Below are positions 1 to 10,014 of a DNA stretch of 64,000 nt, one piece after another (position 1 is the stretch's first letter; every line of letters begins with the position of its first letter). This DNA comes from an uncultured Acidobacteriota bacterium. GTDB taxonomy: Bacteria > Acidobacteriota > Blastocatellia > RBC074. Below the pieces are notes generated by a model. The model saw nothing but the letters and a program-made list of their open reading frames with translations, was not told the origin of the DNA and did not search any database. The DNA is taken from assembly GCA_963796275.1 (NCBI GenBank), contig CAWCKY010000007.1, positions 128,001-192,000 on the forward strand. Reading direction: 5' to 3'. A program made the translations under genes and the position numbers.

Positions 1-77
1 TTCTCATTCTTCTCCCCGTACAAAGCGAAGCTCATCGCCAGTATGCAGGAAACGCTCATCCATATTGTTTTGCTCAT
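1..77 (-). CDS. 5' end of an exported protein (runs off the window)
   Basis: ATG at 77 preceded by AAAGGAG; reads MSKTIWMSVSCILAMSFALYGEKNE, signal-peptide-like; not in the ORF track because it is truncated. Confidence 0.65.
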   Translation of the reverse strand, partial: MSKTIWMSVSCILAMSFALYGEKNE

Positions 78-653
78 CGTCTGCTCCTTTCCTGTGCCTC
101 AAACTTTTGTAGTATTCATTACCTGTTTCCTTCTCAAGTGCCACCGCGGAAGCCCAAAGCGGCGCGCTAACTTAATCCTATCCGGCCAATGCTCTCCCTG
201 AATTAACATTCATGCCGCCCGGCACCCGCCTGGACTCATCGGCGCCAGGCTATATACGTCCCCGGATTTTGACTCCTCGGAACTATAGCCCGCTCCTCCA
301 ACATCAAGCTGAGGCTAGCGTCAAATGACCGCGCCCATTTAAGCAATGCACGAGTGCTCTTTGCTATCTCACTGACAAATCGGCTCGCTCGCCGCTTGAG
401 TGAGTAGTGAGCAGATGTACGGTCAAGAGGAAGATGGCAGATAGAATTAGAGCAATTCGTACGCCACGACGCTGTAGCAATGGAGAGTCTGGGATAATGC
501 GTTTACAGGCCTAGCGATTGACCGGAGACGGTCCTGATTCCATGGCTGTTGATCGCCTCGGTAATGATTGACGGAAGTTGCGTTATGTCAAGGAAGCTTC
601 GAAATATGCCAGGGCATGAGGCATGGGCAGAGGGATCAGTGGGCCCAGCTACA

Positions 654-1679
654 TCAATGATCGGCGTAGTAGCCTTCTCTCGTGCGGACGACCAGTCGAG
701 GCAACTCGGGCGGAGAATTGACGCGCACCTTGATCTTACGCCACTTGCCATCGCGGCTGAAGTTGGCCGGGATATAGCCGATGCTGTATTGCCTGCGTAA
801 CTCCAATGCGATGCGCACCACAGCCTCCTCCAACTCTCCATTGAGACGCGGGAAGAAGGCTTTCCCTCCGGTCATCTTGGCGAGGTCGGTGAGAAGCATT
901 CGCCCCTCTTCATCGATATGGTCGCCGAACGCACCGTAGCGGTTCACAATGCCGATACAGTAGACCGTGACGTCAGACTCTTTCAACAGCGAACGCAGAT
1001 CCTTGAACGAATAGCGTGAGGAGTTATCCTCCCCGTCGGAGATGATTAACAGCGCACGCTTCTTGTAGCGGCCCTGATTAACGCTCTCAACTCCGAAATA
1101 GGCAGCGTCGTAGAGCGCAGTGGAGCCGCCGGCCTCGATCTTGGAGAGTACGCGCACGGCAGTCTCGCCGTCGGTTGACTTGGCGATCAAGTAGGCGCGG
1201 TAATCGAAGGGAAGGAGAAAGAAGTCGTCGCTGCGGTGGCTCGTCTCGATAAATGCTTTGAGCGCCTCGCGCGCCCGGTCGATCTTGTCGCTCATGCTCG
1301 ATGATGTATCGAAGACGATGCCGATGCTTGCCGGCGCATCGATGTTGTTGAAGAATTCGATCTTCTGCATGACCTTGTCTTCGTAGATTTCGAAGTGCCG
1401 AGCGTCAAGACCGGGCACCGGATTGTGCTGCTTATCAGTGACGGTTACGTTAAGAGTGACGAGCTCAGTATGCATTCGGGCGACTGTCTCACCCACCGCC
1501 CCGTTCCCTTGAGCCGTGCTTTGAGTTGAAATGCTCTCCGATTTGACTCCGTCTTGCCCCGTTTGCGGATTAGGCGGATCGGGCCAGGTCTGTTGCGTGT
1601 GGGCCACCAATAGGCCGGGAATCAGGAAAAGAAACATGATCATCGCAAAAAGCGAACGCAGAGGTTTGGACATTGGCAT
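654..1679 (-). CDS. VWA domain protein (acidobacterial VWFA-related type)
   Basis: Signal peptide; MIDAS DTSSSM, TALYDA, ISDGEDN; C-terminal GKWRKIKV...VRTREGYYA. Confidence 0.9.
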   Translation of the reverse strand: MPMSKPLRSLFAMIMFLFLIPGLLVAHTQQTWPDPPNPQTGQDGVKSESISTQSTAQGNGAVGETVARMHTELVTLNVTVTDKQHNPVPGLDARHFEIYEDKVMQKIEFFNNIDAPASIGIVFDTSSSMSDKIDRAREALKAFIETSHRSDDFFLLPFDYRAYLIAKSTDGETAVRVLSKIEAGGSTALYDAAYFGVESVNQGRYKKRALLIISDGEDNSSRYSFKDLRSLLKESDVTVYCIGIVNRYGAFGDHIDEEGRMLLTDLAKMTGGKAFFPRLNGELEEAVVRIALELRRQYSIGYIPANFSRDGKWRKIKVRVNSPPELPRLVVRTREGYYADH

Positions 1680-2257
1680 TTCCTCCTATTTTGGCTCGTA
1701 GGAAGACCATTGTTGACCGGTGGATAGATTGACAATTCACGCAAGCTCCGCACCACAACTCGCGTGGACCAGGGCTTTCGACTAAATGCTTAAGGGTATA
1801 AAACTTGCGGCGTCTGAGCGGAAGGCTGGGGAGAAATCAGCAAGCGACCTCAGCTAAAACAATTTTACGGAAACCGCGAGATAACAACGAATCGTTGAAC
1901 GATCGCTGAGAGGAAAATTCCGAAGGGAGTGCTTAATACGCGCTTCGGAATTTTCCTGCAAAAACTTGAAATTCTCACGGTTTTTCGGACAACCTGAGGC
2001 CGCATCGCTGCAGATCATTTCTTGGCATAGGCTTTGGCAGCAGCAGGAGAATCTCGGGATGCAGGCGCACTTTGTCCAAATCACTCCAGGATAATCAGAC
2101 GCGATGCTAATACCGGGCATCGGACATGGCATGAAACGCAACAGCGAGTGCGCTGTTGTGTATCCTTATCCTTAAGCGCCCTCTCATCATCCGAGCCTGA
2201 CGACAAGACCGGCACTCGCGACAAAATTGTTGCCGTGTGCATTTTTATGTTCAAAAT

Positions 2258-2467
2258 TTACTTCCTTCCTCGCGTCGACTCGATCGATGCCGGATCACTA
2301 CTACTATTAGCGTGCAGGATAATAAAACGATGATTGCAAACTCGGCATGAATATTTCTCATTCTCCCGTAGACCGAAGATTAACCAAGCTTGTCCGCATT
2401 GCGGGCAAGTTTGGAAGAGCTGCTTCAAAGATTCTTCAAATTGCTGGGTCTTGTTTTTCTTATCCAT
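2258..2467 (-). CDS. Small putative zinc-ribbon protein
   Basis: Likely start MDKKNK at 2467 with GGAG upstream; CPQC...CRVC pairs. Confidence 0.5.
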   Translation of the reverse strand: MDKKNKTQQFEESLKQLFQTCPQCGQAWLIFGLRENEKYSCRVCNHRFIILHANSSSDPASIESTRGRK

Positions 2468-3059
2468 AGTCTTTCTCCATACATGCGCGCGGCGCATTAC
2501 CAATTCAGAAATCTCTCTATTTACTGAGTACAATCTGCGTGCCATATCTGACGATACTACAGCCGACAAAGCCTTTTTGGCCGAGCGCTCACTGAGAGTT
2601 CCCGCGTCCTGCTGGCCCATCAATTGTTTTTTTGTGGCATTGTGGGACACGGCATTGGAGAAATGCTACAGTCCATTTGTCAGACTGTTCGACTGATGAT
2701 TTCATATCCAAAGCATGTGCTGAAGAGCAACTGAAATAATAGGTCCATCCGGATGGCTGCGTTTTTAGGAATCACCACGAGTTTGGATACCATATTGATG
2801 TTCGATCACGGATTCGTTTGTGAGATGAACGTTCGCGCCGATATGGTGATATGCAACACCTCAGCTTGGCTTGCTCATACTTGCTGATTAAAGAATGTCG
2901 GTTCGTGCACAGATCATGTGGGAGCCGAGCCGCCTCTTACATAGAGTTTCAAAATACATTTCGGGGCACGATGATTGCACCGCTACGATATTGGATACTA
3001 TATTGGATAGCATATTGCACCGATTGCAGGATGCGAGACGTTTACGCCTAACAGGGGAG

Positions 3060-4421
3060 ATGATGAGGAGAGTTTTTTGGACAGGTTTACTGATCTGCCT
3101 GGTGATCTTGATCATGGCCGGCATCGCGCTCGCGTATACAGGAGAAGGAAATGCGCATGGAATCGATCCGATCGTGATAGGTGGGTTGGCAGTCTTCCTG
3201 TTGATTGCCAAGCTGGGAGGCGAATTTTTCGAAAGGATCAAACAGCCTGCCGTGCTCGGCGAGCTCTTGGGCGGGATCATCATTGGTAATCTCACGATCG
3301 TCGGTTTTATGGGATTTGAGTCGCTCAAGACCAATGCGGTGATCAGCGCTCTGGCTGAGATTGGTGTGATCATACTTCTCTTCGAAGTCGGATTAGAATC
3401 AAACATTGGTGAGATGCTCGAGGTCGGCTGGTCATCACTTTTGGTTGCACTCGCAGGCGTTATAGCCCCTTTCTTTCTCGGTTGGGGTATCGCCGCTTAT
3501 TTCCTACCGGGAGAAGGAACGCTAGCTCATCTCTTCATCGGCGCGACGCTGTGCGCGACGAGCGTCGGGATCACGGCACGCGTGCTCAAAGATATTGGCA
3601 AATTACAGGCGCGCGAATCGCGTATTATTCTGGGAGCAGCAGTGATCGATGATGTGTTGGGACTTTTGATCCTGGCTGTCGTAGCCGGTGCCATCAACGC
3701 TGCCAACACCGGAACGGAGCTGTCGCTGGCTGGTATTGCGCTAATCACCGTCAAAGCGATTGTCTTTCTGGTAGGCGCAGTTGCTGCCGGGCGATATCTC
3801 ATGCCGCATCTGTTTCATCAAGCGGGCAAGTTGGAAGTGCGCGGAGTGCTGTTGGCGCTGGCATTCTCATTCTGTTTTCTATTGGCTTGGTTGGCCGCGG
3901 AGGTCGGGTTAGCGCCGATAATCGGCGCTTTTGCCGCCGGAATGGTGCTGGATGATTCCCACTACGAATCCTTCCGCACAAAGGGAGAGAGGAGCCTCGA
4001 AGAACTGATTCAGCCCGTGAGCGCACTGCTGGTCCCGGTCTTCTTCGTTCTGATGGGGTTGAAGGTCGATCTGCGGGCGTTCGTGCAGCCGGGGCTGCTC
4101 ATGTTCGCCGTCACGCTAACGATCGCCGCCATCATAGGCAAGCAGGTTTGCTCACTGGCCGTTGTCGACAAGGATGTGAGCCGTCTCGCCGTCGGATTTG
4201 GCATGGTGCCGCGCGGCGAGGTTGGATTGATATTTGCCGGGATAGGCGCATCCATGATGCTGCGCAACGCACAGGGCGTCGATGAACCGGTCATCAATGT
4301 GGCGACCTTCGGTGTGGTTGTCTTCATGGTTGTCGTTACGACATTGCTGACGCCGCCCGCGCTCAAATGGGCGATGGCGAATAATGGCCGGACGGCCGAG
4401 CGGAGAAGAGGAGTGGTCTAG
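3060..4421 (+). CDS. Cation:proton antiporter, CPA2 family
   Basis: Many TM helices; QPAVLGELLGG, ATSVGIT, GAAVIDD, GMVPRGEVGL; start moved to ATG 3060 after AGGGGAG. Confidence 0.92.
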   Translation: MMRRVFWTGLLICLVILIMAGIALAYTGEGNAHGIDPIVIGGLAVFLLIAKLGGEFFERIKQPAVLGELLGGIIIGNLTIVGFMGFESLKTNAVISALAEIGVIILLFEVGLESNIGEMLEVGWSSLLVALAGVIAPFFLGWGIAAYFLPGEGTLAHLFIGATLCATSVGITARVLKDIGKLQARESRIILGAAVIDDVLGLLILAVVAGAINAANTGTELSLAGIALITVKAIVFLVGAVAAGRYLMPHLFHQAGKLEVRGVLLALAFSFCFLLAWLAAEVGLAPIIGAFAAGMVLDDSHYESFRTKGERSLEELIQPVSALLVPVFFVLMGLKVDLRAFVQPGLLMFAVTLTIAAIIGKQVCSLAVVDKDVSRLAVGFGMVPRGEVGLIFAGIGASMMLRNAQGVDEPVINVATFGVVVFMVVVTTLLTPPALKWAMANNGRTAERRRGVV

Positions 4422-4593
4422 CTCTTCGCTCAGTAAGGAGAGATAGCCTTTTCCCGAGATGCTTCTCAGGCGACTAGATTCCCAGGGTAAAGGAGGCCTG
4501 TCAGGATATTACCGATATCCATGCCGGAACGGGCAGCGCTGGGAAGTAATCTGCAATCAGACTGCCCGCCCCCCGCCCATCATTTCGGCGGCT

Positions 4594-5421
4594 TTATCGA
4601 GTTTCATTACGCGGAACTTTGACCGGTTCGCGCGGGATGGAGATCGGAATCTCAGCCTTCTCTTTGTCCTTCGATCCGGTCAGCGCTTCGAAAAGCTGAA
4701 TCGGAATGGGAAAAACGACCGTTGTGTTCTGCTCAACGCCGATCTCCGTCAGCGTCTGGAGATATCGCAATTGAATGGCGACTGGCTCGGTGGCAATTGC
4801 GTTGGCTGCGCCGACCAGCTTTTCGGCGGCCTGATACTCGCCTTCGGCATGAATTATCTTGGCGCGTTTCTCCCGCTCGGCTTCCGCTTGTTTAGACATC
4901 GCGCGGCGCATCTCCTGCGGCAGGTCCACCGCTTTGATCTCGACCAGCGATACCTTGATGCCCCAGCGATCGGTCTGCTTGTCAAGAATGTCCTGCAACC
5001 GTGCATTGAGTTTCTCGCGTTCGGAGAGCAGTTCATCCAGCTCAACCTCGCCCAGGACTGAACGCAGCGTTGTCTGCGAGAGCTGTGAAGTGGCGTAGAG
5101 ATAGTTCTCGACCTCTACGATGGCGAGTCGCGGCTCGATCACTCGAAAGTAGACCACCGCGTTGACCGAGACCGTGACGTTATCGCGCGTGATGACATCC
5201 TGCGGAGGCACGTCCATCGTCACCGTTCGCAGACTGACGCGCACCATCCTGTCGATCGGATAAAAGACCAGTGCGATTCCCGGCCCTTTGGCTTTCGATA
5301 GCAGCCGCCCCAGACGGAAGATCACACCTCGCTCATATTCCGGAAGAATCCTGATCGAGTTGAATAGGTAGAGAACGAGCAGCCCAATAACGACAAGCGG
5401 AAATGAAAGAAATTCCAACAT
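4594..5421 (-). CDS. SPFH/band-7 stomatin-like protein
   Basis: [44 protein letters not shown]. Confidence 0.95.
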   Translation of the reverse strand: MLEFLSFPLVVIGLLVLYLFNSIRILPEYERGVIFRLGRLLSKAKGPGIALVFYPIDRMVRVSLRTVTMDVPPQDVITRDNVTVSVNAVVYFRVIEPRLAIVEVENYLYATSQLSQTTLRSVLGEVELDELLSEREKLNARLQDILDKQTDRWGIKVSLVEIKAVDLPQEMRRAMSKQAEAEREKRAKIIHAEGEYQAAEKLVGAANAIATEPVAIQLRYLQTLTEIGVEQNTTVVFPIPIQLFEALTGSKDKEKAEIPISIPREPVKVPRNETR

Positions 5422-5481
5422 TAGTCATCACCTCCAACGACATGACGCAGGTTGTCCCTGCGGCGGGTTCCCAAAGATGCT

Positions 5482-5826
5482 TCATAACATCTCGCGATCT
5501 GCAATGGCGGACACCGGCCTTGGTATGACGGCCTTGCCGGGGCACGGTTCGATCTCAAGCGTCAATCCGTCAATTCCGATGACACACACTGTTTCGCCTT
5601 CCTCAATCTTCGCGCGCGCATACGCCCACCAGTATTCACCCTGCACACTCACTCGGCCTTCCGGCGCAACTTCGGTCACCGCCTTACCTTTCAAACCGAT
5701 CATCCTCGACGTGCCCGTCTCAATGCCGGTTCGATGCGAACTGATGACCAGTCTGATCAGGAATGCCAGAATGACCGCATTGGCGGTGATGAGCCCCAGA
5801 ATAAAACTGAGAGCGAAATTCGACAT
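5482..5826 (-). CDS. Short NfeD-family protein (TM + C-terminal OB fold)
   Basis: MIGLKGKA...GRVSVQGEYWWA...VIGIDGLTLEI; directly upstream of the SPFH gene. Confidence 0.85.
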   Translation of the reverse strand: MSNFALSFILGLITANAVILAFLIRLVISSHRTGIETGTSRMIGLKGKAVTEVAPEGRVSVQGEYWWAYARAKIEEGETVCVIGIDGLTLEIEPCPGKAVIPRPVSAIADREML

Positions 5827-6024
5827 CGCGTTAGTTACCTCAGATTCAAATTGGTTGTTCTCAGCACATCATCCCATGCCATTAGTTATTACGATACATG
5901 TTAATGTATGTTCATACAAATTTTGTTAAAATATACATTCATGATCTTTTTAACTGATGGAGTGAGGGTGCCGAGCTCCGGTGTTGTCGATTGGAGTGGT
6001 AGCGATAAGAGAGGAGGCGTTGAA

Positions 6025-7031
6025 ATGCCGAGGAGAAGAGATGCCGACGAGAGGTTGCACCAGGTCTTGAAAGTGGCCTACCTGTTTTACGAGAAGGAGC
6101 TGACCAAGACCGAGATCTCGCACGAGATTCGCGCTTCCGCCACGCAAGTGATCAGGCTGCTCGAAGAGGCGCGCGAACGGGGATTCGTACAGATCGAATT
6201 CAATCCGCCGCGGCTCCATCGACTGGGAGAGGAGTTGAAGAAGAGATATGACTGGCTTGAGGAGGCCATAGTAATCACTTATGCCGATGATCTGGCCTTT
6301 CTGCGGCGCTTGCTCGGCAAGGCTGCGGCCAATACTTCGAAGCTGCCGTACCGGATGGAGCGAAAGTAGCTCTTGGCGGCGGCGACACGATGTATGAGAT
6401 GGTCATGGCGCTGCCGCAGAAAGAGCGAAACGTCTTCCTCGTGCCTGCGGCGATCATCGATTCCGGCCCGGTTCTCACACATATCGATCCCACTGTGCTT
6501 TTGACTCTCCTCTGGGTCAGGAGCGGCAGGCTGCCTGGCCAGGCTCACTTCGCCACCGGGCTGCCACTGAACAGGCCACTCTCGCGACAGAAGCTCAAAG
6601 ATGAATATGAAGTTTTCTCCCGCAGAAAGGCGGTCCAAGTGGTCCTCGCTGAGATGAAGCGGGCCGATTTTATGTTTGCCAGTCTAGGATGTCTGAAGGC
6701 TGATCCGGGCTACGAGAAGTTATCTCCACGCCCGCATAAGTACTTGCTCGAACACCTGAGATTGACAGAGGCAGCGCTGGCGCGGGAAAGGGTAGTCGGC
6801 GACATCAACTACTCATTCTTCGATGAGGAGGGAGGAACATCTCCTGCATGGAATGTCTTTCCATCACTCGGAGTGGATGAGCTCAAGAAAATGGTTAAGG
6901 TTAAGAAGAGGATAGTGGTAGTGGTGGGGAGATACAAGCTTCCGGCATTGAAGGCAGCGCTCAGGGGCAGATTGTTCAATGTACTCGTTACGGATGAGAT
7001 AGCGGCGAAAGAACTTCTCAATACTGAGTGA
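6025..7031 (+). pseudogene. SorC/LsrR-type sugar-binding transcriptional regulator, frameshifted at ~6331 (possibly an assembly error)
   Basis: HTH VAYLFYEKELTKTEIS...RLLEEARERGFVQI in one frame; after GCG GCC AA the other frame continues YFEAAVPDGAKVALGGGDTMYEMV...AALRGRLFNVLVTDE. Confidence 0.85.
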
Positions 7032-7314
7032 GCTTATTATCTGGATCGGTGCGCATCTTCAAGTCGATTGCGGCCGTTCTTCAAACTGTGTTCTTGAAGT
7101 TTGTCCACTCAAACGGGGGCATTACGTGTGCCGTGGATAAAATCCTGAGCGGATAATGCCAACCCGGATTATTGGAGAAATTACTGAGGTTTGAGCGGAA
7201 AAATGCGCGATAGACCGAGAATTTAGGGAACATACCTTGCGACAAAACGACATCCTGGCGGCCATCCCTAGCCTATTTACGTTATTTGATAACCCACCAC
7301 CTTCAACCGCTGTC

Positions 7315-7329
7315 TGGCATCAAGGTTGC
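7315..7329 (+). promoter_or_regulatory. Putative sigma54 -24/-12 promoter of the USP gene
   Basis: TGGCATCAAGGTTGC, GG-N10-GC, ~65 bp before the ATG. Confidence 0.65.
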
Positions 7330-7393
7330 CTATTCAGATGTTTGTTTGTAATGCGTAAATTCCTGGTGTCGAGGCATATATAAAGGAGGAGGT

Positions 7394-7855
7394 ATGAAAA
7401 TCCTTTTGGCAACCGATGGCTCCGATTACAGCAAAGCTGCAGTGAAGGCAGTCGCAGATCGACCGTGGCCCGAAGGCAGCGAAGTCAGGATAATTTCCGC
7501 TATGGCAGACCTATACGTGCCCACGACCGAGGGATGGGTGCTGCCCGACAGCTACTACGATGACATGGAGCAGGCGGCGAGGGGACAGGCGGAGGCTGCG
7601 ATAAGAGATGCGGCCGAACAGATCAGGTCAGGTAAGACTGCCGGGCTGCAGATCGCCAGTGAGATCAGGAGCGGCTCAGCCAGAGATGTCATTCTGGACG
7701 AAGCTGATAAGTGGGACGCTGATTTGATCGTTCTCGGCTCCCACGGTTACGGCGGTTTGCGGCGGTTTCTGCTCGGTTCTGTCTCGCACGCCGTCGCCAC
7801 TCACGCACATTGCTCGGTCGAGATCGTACGCCAAAAAGGTGCTGGAGAAAATTAA
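7394..7855 (+). CDS. Universal stress protein
   Basis: MKILLATDGS, ADLIVLGSHG, FLLGSVS, HCSVEIVR; strong RBS. Confidence 0.95.
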   Translation: MKILLATDGSDYSKAAVKAVADRPWPEGSEVRIISAMADLYVPTTEGWVLPDSYYDDMEQAARGQAEAAIRDAAEQIRSGKTAGLQIASEIRSGSARDVILDEADKWDADLIVLGSHGYGGLRRFLLGSVSHAVATHAHCSVEIVRQKGAGEN

Positions 7856-8047
7856 ATGAGTACGGGGCAGATGTGAGAGAAGACCGCAAAGCAATGGCAA
7901 AGGGTTCACCGCACCGAGGCAGCGTGTGGGAAGTCAGAGTAGCCATAGGTGATTTGAGAAAGTAAATTTGGGCCGAATTTATACATGCCTTATGCCAGAC
8001 TTTTGTTGAACAAACCCAGGGTCTAATTGCTGCTTATAAGTTTACGA

Positions 8048-8686
8048 CTAACCCGACACGAGGCGATGTCTGATCGCGAATTGGATCAGCTCGGCGTTGG
8101 TTTTAAGCCGCAGCCGTTCCATAAGACTGTATTTATGAAAGGCGACTGTGTGGAGGGTGATGTCAAGGATTGCAGCGACCTCTTTCATCGATTTTCCCTC
8201 CGCCAGCAACTGGAGAACTTCTCTTTGACGCGTTGTCGGTTTAATACGTTTCGTCCGGCGTTTGGCGGCCGTGATGAAAGACTCGACCATGCCTTCCGTC
8301 ACCAGCGGCGTCACGTAATATCTGCCATTGACCCCCTCTCGGATCGCATACGGCAATTCCCTAGCAGATGAGTTCTTGAGGATATAGCCCGAGGCCCCGA
8401 GACGAAATGCCTCAGCGGCGAGCTCCGGGTCTTGATCCATCGTCAAATAGATCAATTTGACCGACGGCGATGACTTCTTGATTTGTTTGCCGGCGTCCAA
8501 TCCGTTGAGCAGCGGCATTGAGATGTCGAGCACGATAACGTCAGGTTTGAGTTCGATTGCGGCTGCAAGCAGAGCGCGCCCATCGGCCACCGTTCCGACT
8601 ACGTCGAATTCGGGTTCGAGTAATCGTTTGAAGGCTTCTAAAATAAGGATGTGGTCATCTGCAATTAAAATACGCGTGCGTTTCAT
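8048..8686 (-). CDS. NarL/LuxR-family response regulator
   Basis: REC domain (IADDH, LDISMP, GYILK) plus LuxR HTH (RQREVLQLLAEGKSMKEVA). Confidence 0.95.
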   Translation of the reverse strand: MKRTRILIADDHILILEAFKRLLEPEFDVVGTVADGRALLAAAIELKPDVIVLDISMPLLNGLDAGKQIKKSSPSVKLIYLTMDQDPELAAEAFRLGASGYILKNSSARELPYAIREGVNGRYYVTPLVTEGMVESFITAAKRRTKRIKPTTRQREVLQLLAEGKSMKEVAAILDITLHTVAFHKYSLMERLRLKTNAELIQFAIRHRLVSG

Positions 8687-8747
8687 TTTATCCTCCAGGG
8701 AATGAGAATCAGTTTATAGGTTTATCTCCTATTGAGAGAACAGGTGG

Positions 8748-9440
8748 TCAGCAGTCTTGAGTGGTCAGAGGGATATGCACATCTATCTGTGTCCCGCGCG
8801 ACAATTCCGAGCTGATCGAAATCTCGCCGCCCACCAGACGCAATCTCTCCTGCATACTGATAAAACCCAGCCCACCTCTCATTTTGACAGAATCGGTATC
8901 AAAGCCTGCACCTTGATCAGCAATGCGCAATTGAATTGCCTGCGCGGTGCCCGTCAATTCCACCCGCGCCTCCTGCGCGCCGCTATGCTTTATCACGTTA
9001 CTCAGTCCCTCCTGCACGATGCGAAAGAGGCACAGCTCGACATCTTTGGAAAGCGATGCCGGAATGTCGCGAGCGCTGAATTTCACGCATAATTGCTGAT
9101 ACGTTGAAACTTCATTGCAGAGCCCTCTGATAGCCGCTACCAGCCCGAGCGTGTCGAGCTTGGACGGATGGAGTTGGTAAGCGATACGGTGGATAGCTGT
9201 CGATATCGATCGGATACTATTCCTCAGAGTTTGCGCCCACTGGCGGAGTTCATCGGCAGAACCAGGAGGCTGTCGCCCGAGCTGCTCAAGTTCGAGTGAG
9301 AGAAGTGCCAGCCGCTGATTCAAGTCATCGTGCAACTCTCGCGCGATGCGGGAGCGTTCCTTCTCCTGGGCCTCGATCAGCCGCCTGCTCAATTCCAACA
9401 TTCTCTCTTCCGTTAATTTCTTTGATGTTTCGGTGATCAT
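8748..9440 (-). CDS. HisKA_3 histidine kinase lacking an input domain
   Basis: ERSRIARELHD H-box, QEGLSNVIKHS, DQGAGFD, GLGF; start overlaps the upstream stop (ATGA). Confidence 0.9.
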   Translation of the reverse strand: MITETSKKLTEERMLELSRRLIEAQEKERSRIARELHDDLNQRLALLSLELEQLGRQPPGSADELRQWAQTLRNSIRSISTAIHRIAYQLHPSKLDTLGLVAAIRGLCNEVSTYQQLCVKFSARDIPASLSKDVELCLFRIVQEGLSNVIKHSGAQEARVELTGTAQAIQLRIADQGAGFDTDSVKMRGGLGFISMQERLRLVGGEISISSELSRGTQIDVHIPLTTQDC

Positions 9441-9769
9441 CGTTCGGCCCTTCGCCGCACAGCATCAACCACCTCCATCCCTGCCGTAGGTGAAAGCAAC
9501 TTGAATTCTATCGCCGATGAATCCCGCAATAGGCTGGTAGCGCCGAATAAAACGGCGAAGTCTCTCGACAAGAAATGATTATTCAAATCCTCCCGCGTCT
9601 CCCATTCCTCGATCAAACACACGGCATTCTCGTTTCCCATCTCAAGATAGAAGTGGCAGCCCAGGCACCCCTTCTGATGTTGGATGGAGTCAGTCAATGA
9701 CTGAAACGTTTGCAAGATTTCGCGTGAGTTATATGGAAGCACGGTAACTCTGATAATAGCCATCATCAT
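9437..9769 (-). CDS. ABM-fold (putative quinol monooxygenase-like) protein
   Basis: KGCLGCHFY...IEEWETREDLNNHFLS pattern; paralog of 16130..16459. Confidence 0.8.
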   Translation of the reverse strand: MMMAIIRVTVLPYNSREILQTFQSLTDSIQHQKGCLGCHFYLEMGNENAVCLIEEWETREDLNNHFLSRDFAVLFGATSLLRDSSAIEFKLLSPTAGMEVVDAVRRRAER

Positions 9770-9819
9770 AAATAACGTTTCCTTCAATGAGACATCGAAA
9801 TCTCCGCACCGTGATTGCG

Positions 9820-9855
9820 ACCGCACACTTATCATTTACCGCACACTTATCATTT
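9820..9855. repeat. Perfect 18-bp tandem duplication ACCGCACACTTATCATTT x2
   Basis: Read directly from the sequence. Confidence 0.9.
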
Positions 9856-9858
9856 AAG

Positions 9859-9874
9859 TGCGATTTTCAGGCCG
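9859..9874 (-). promoter_or_regulatory. Possible sigma54 promoter for the ABM-kinase-regulator operon
   Basis: Minus strand CGGCCTGAAAATCGCA, GG-N10-GC. Confidence 0.45.
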
Positions 9875-10014
9875 CAGTTCCCGCTCGCTGAAGCAACGAT
9901 CTAAATTGTTTTGGCTGATAGTACTTTGGGAGATTACAAGGTCGTTTTACGGCGGTCTTAGATAAACAGATGATTCGCGTTATTCAGCAAATTCGCGGAA
10001 TACCGCGAGTGGAT

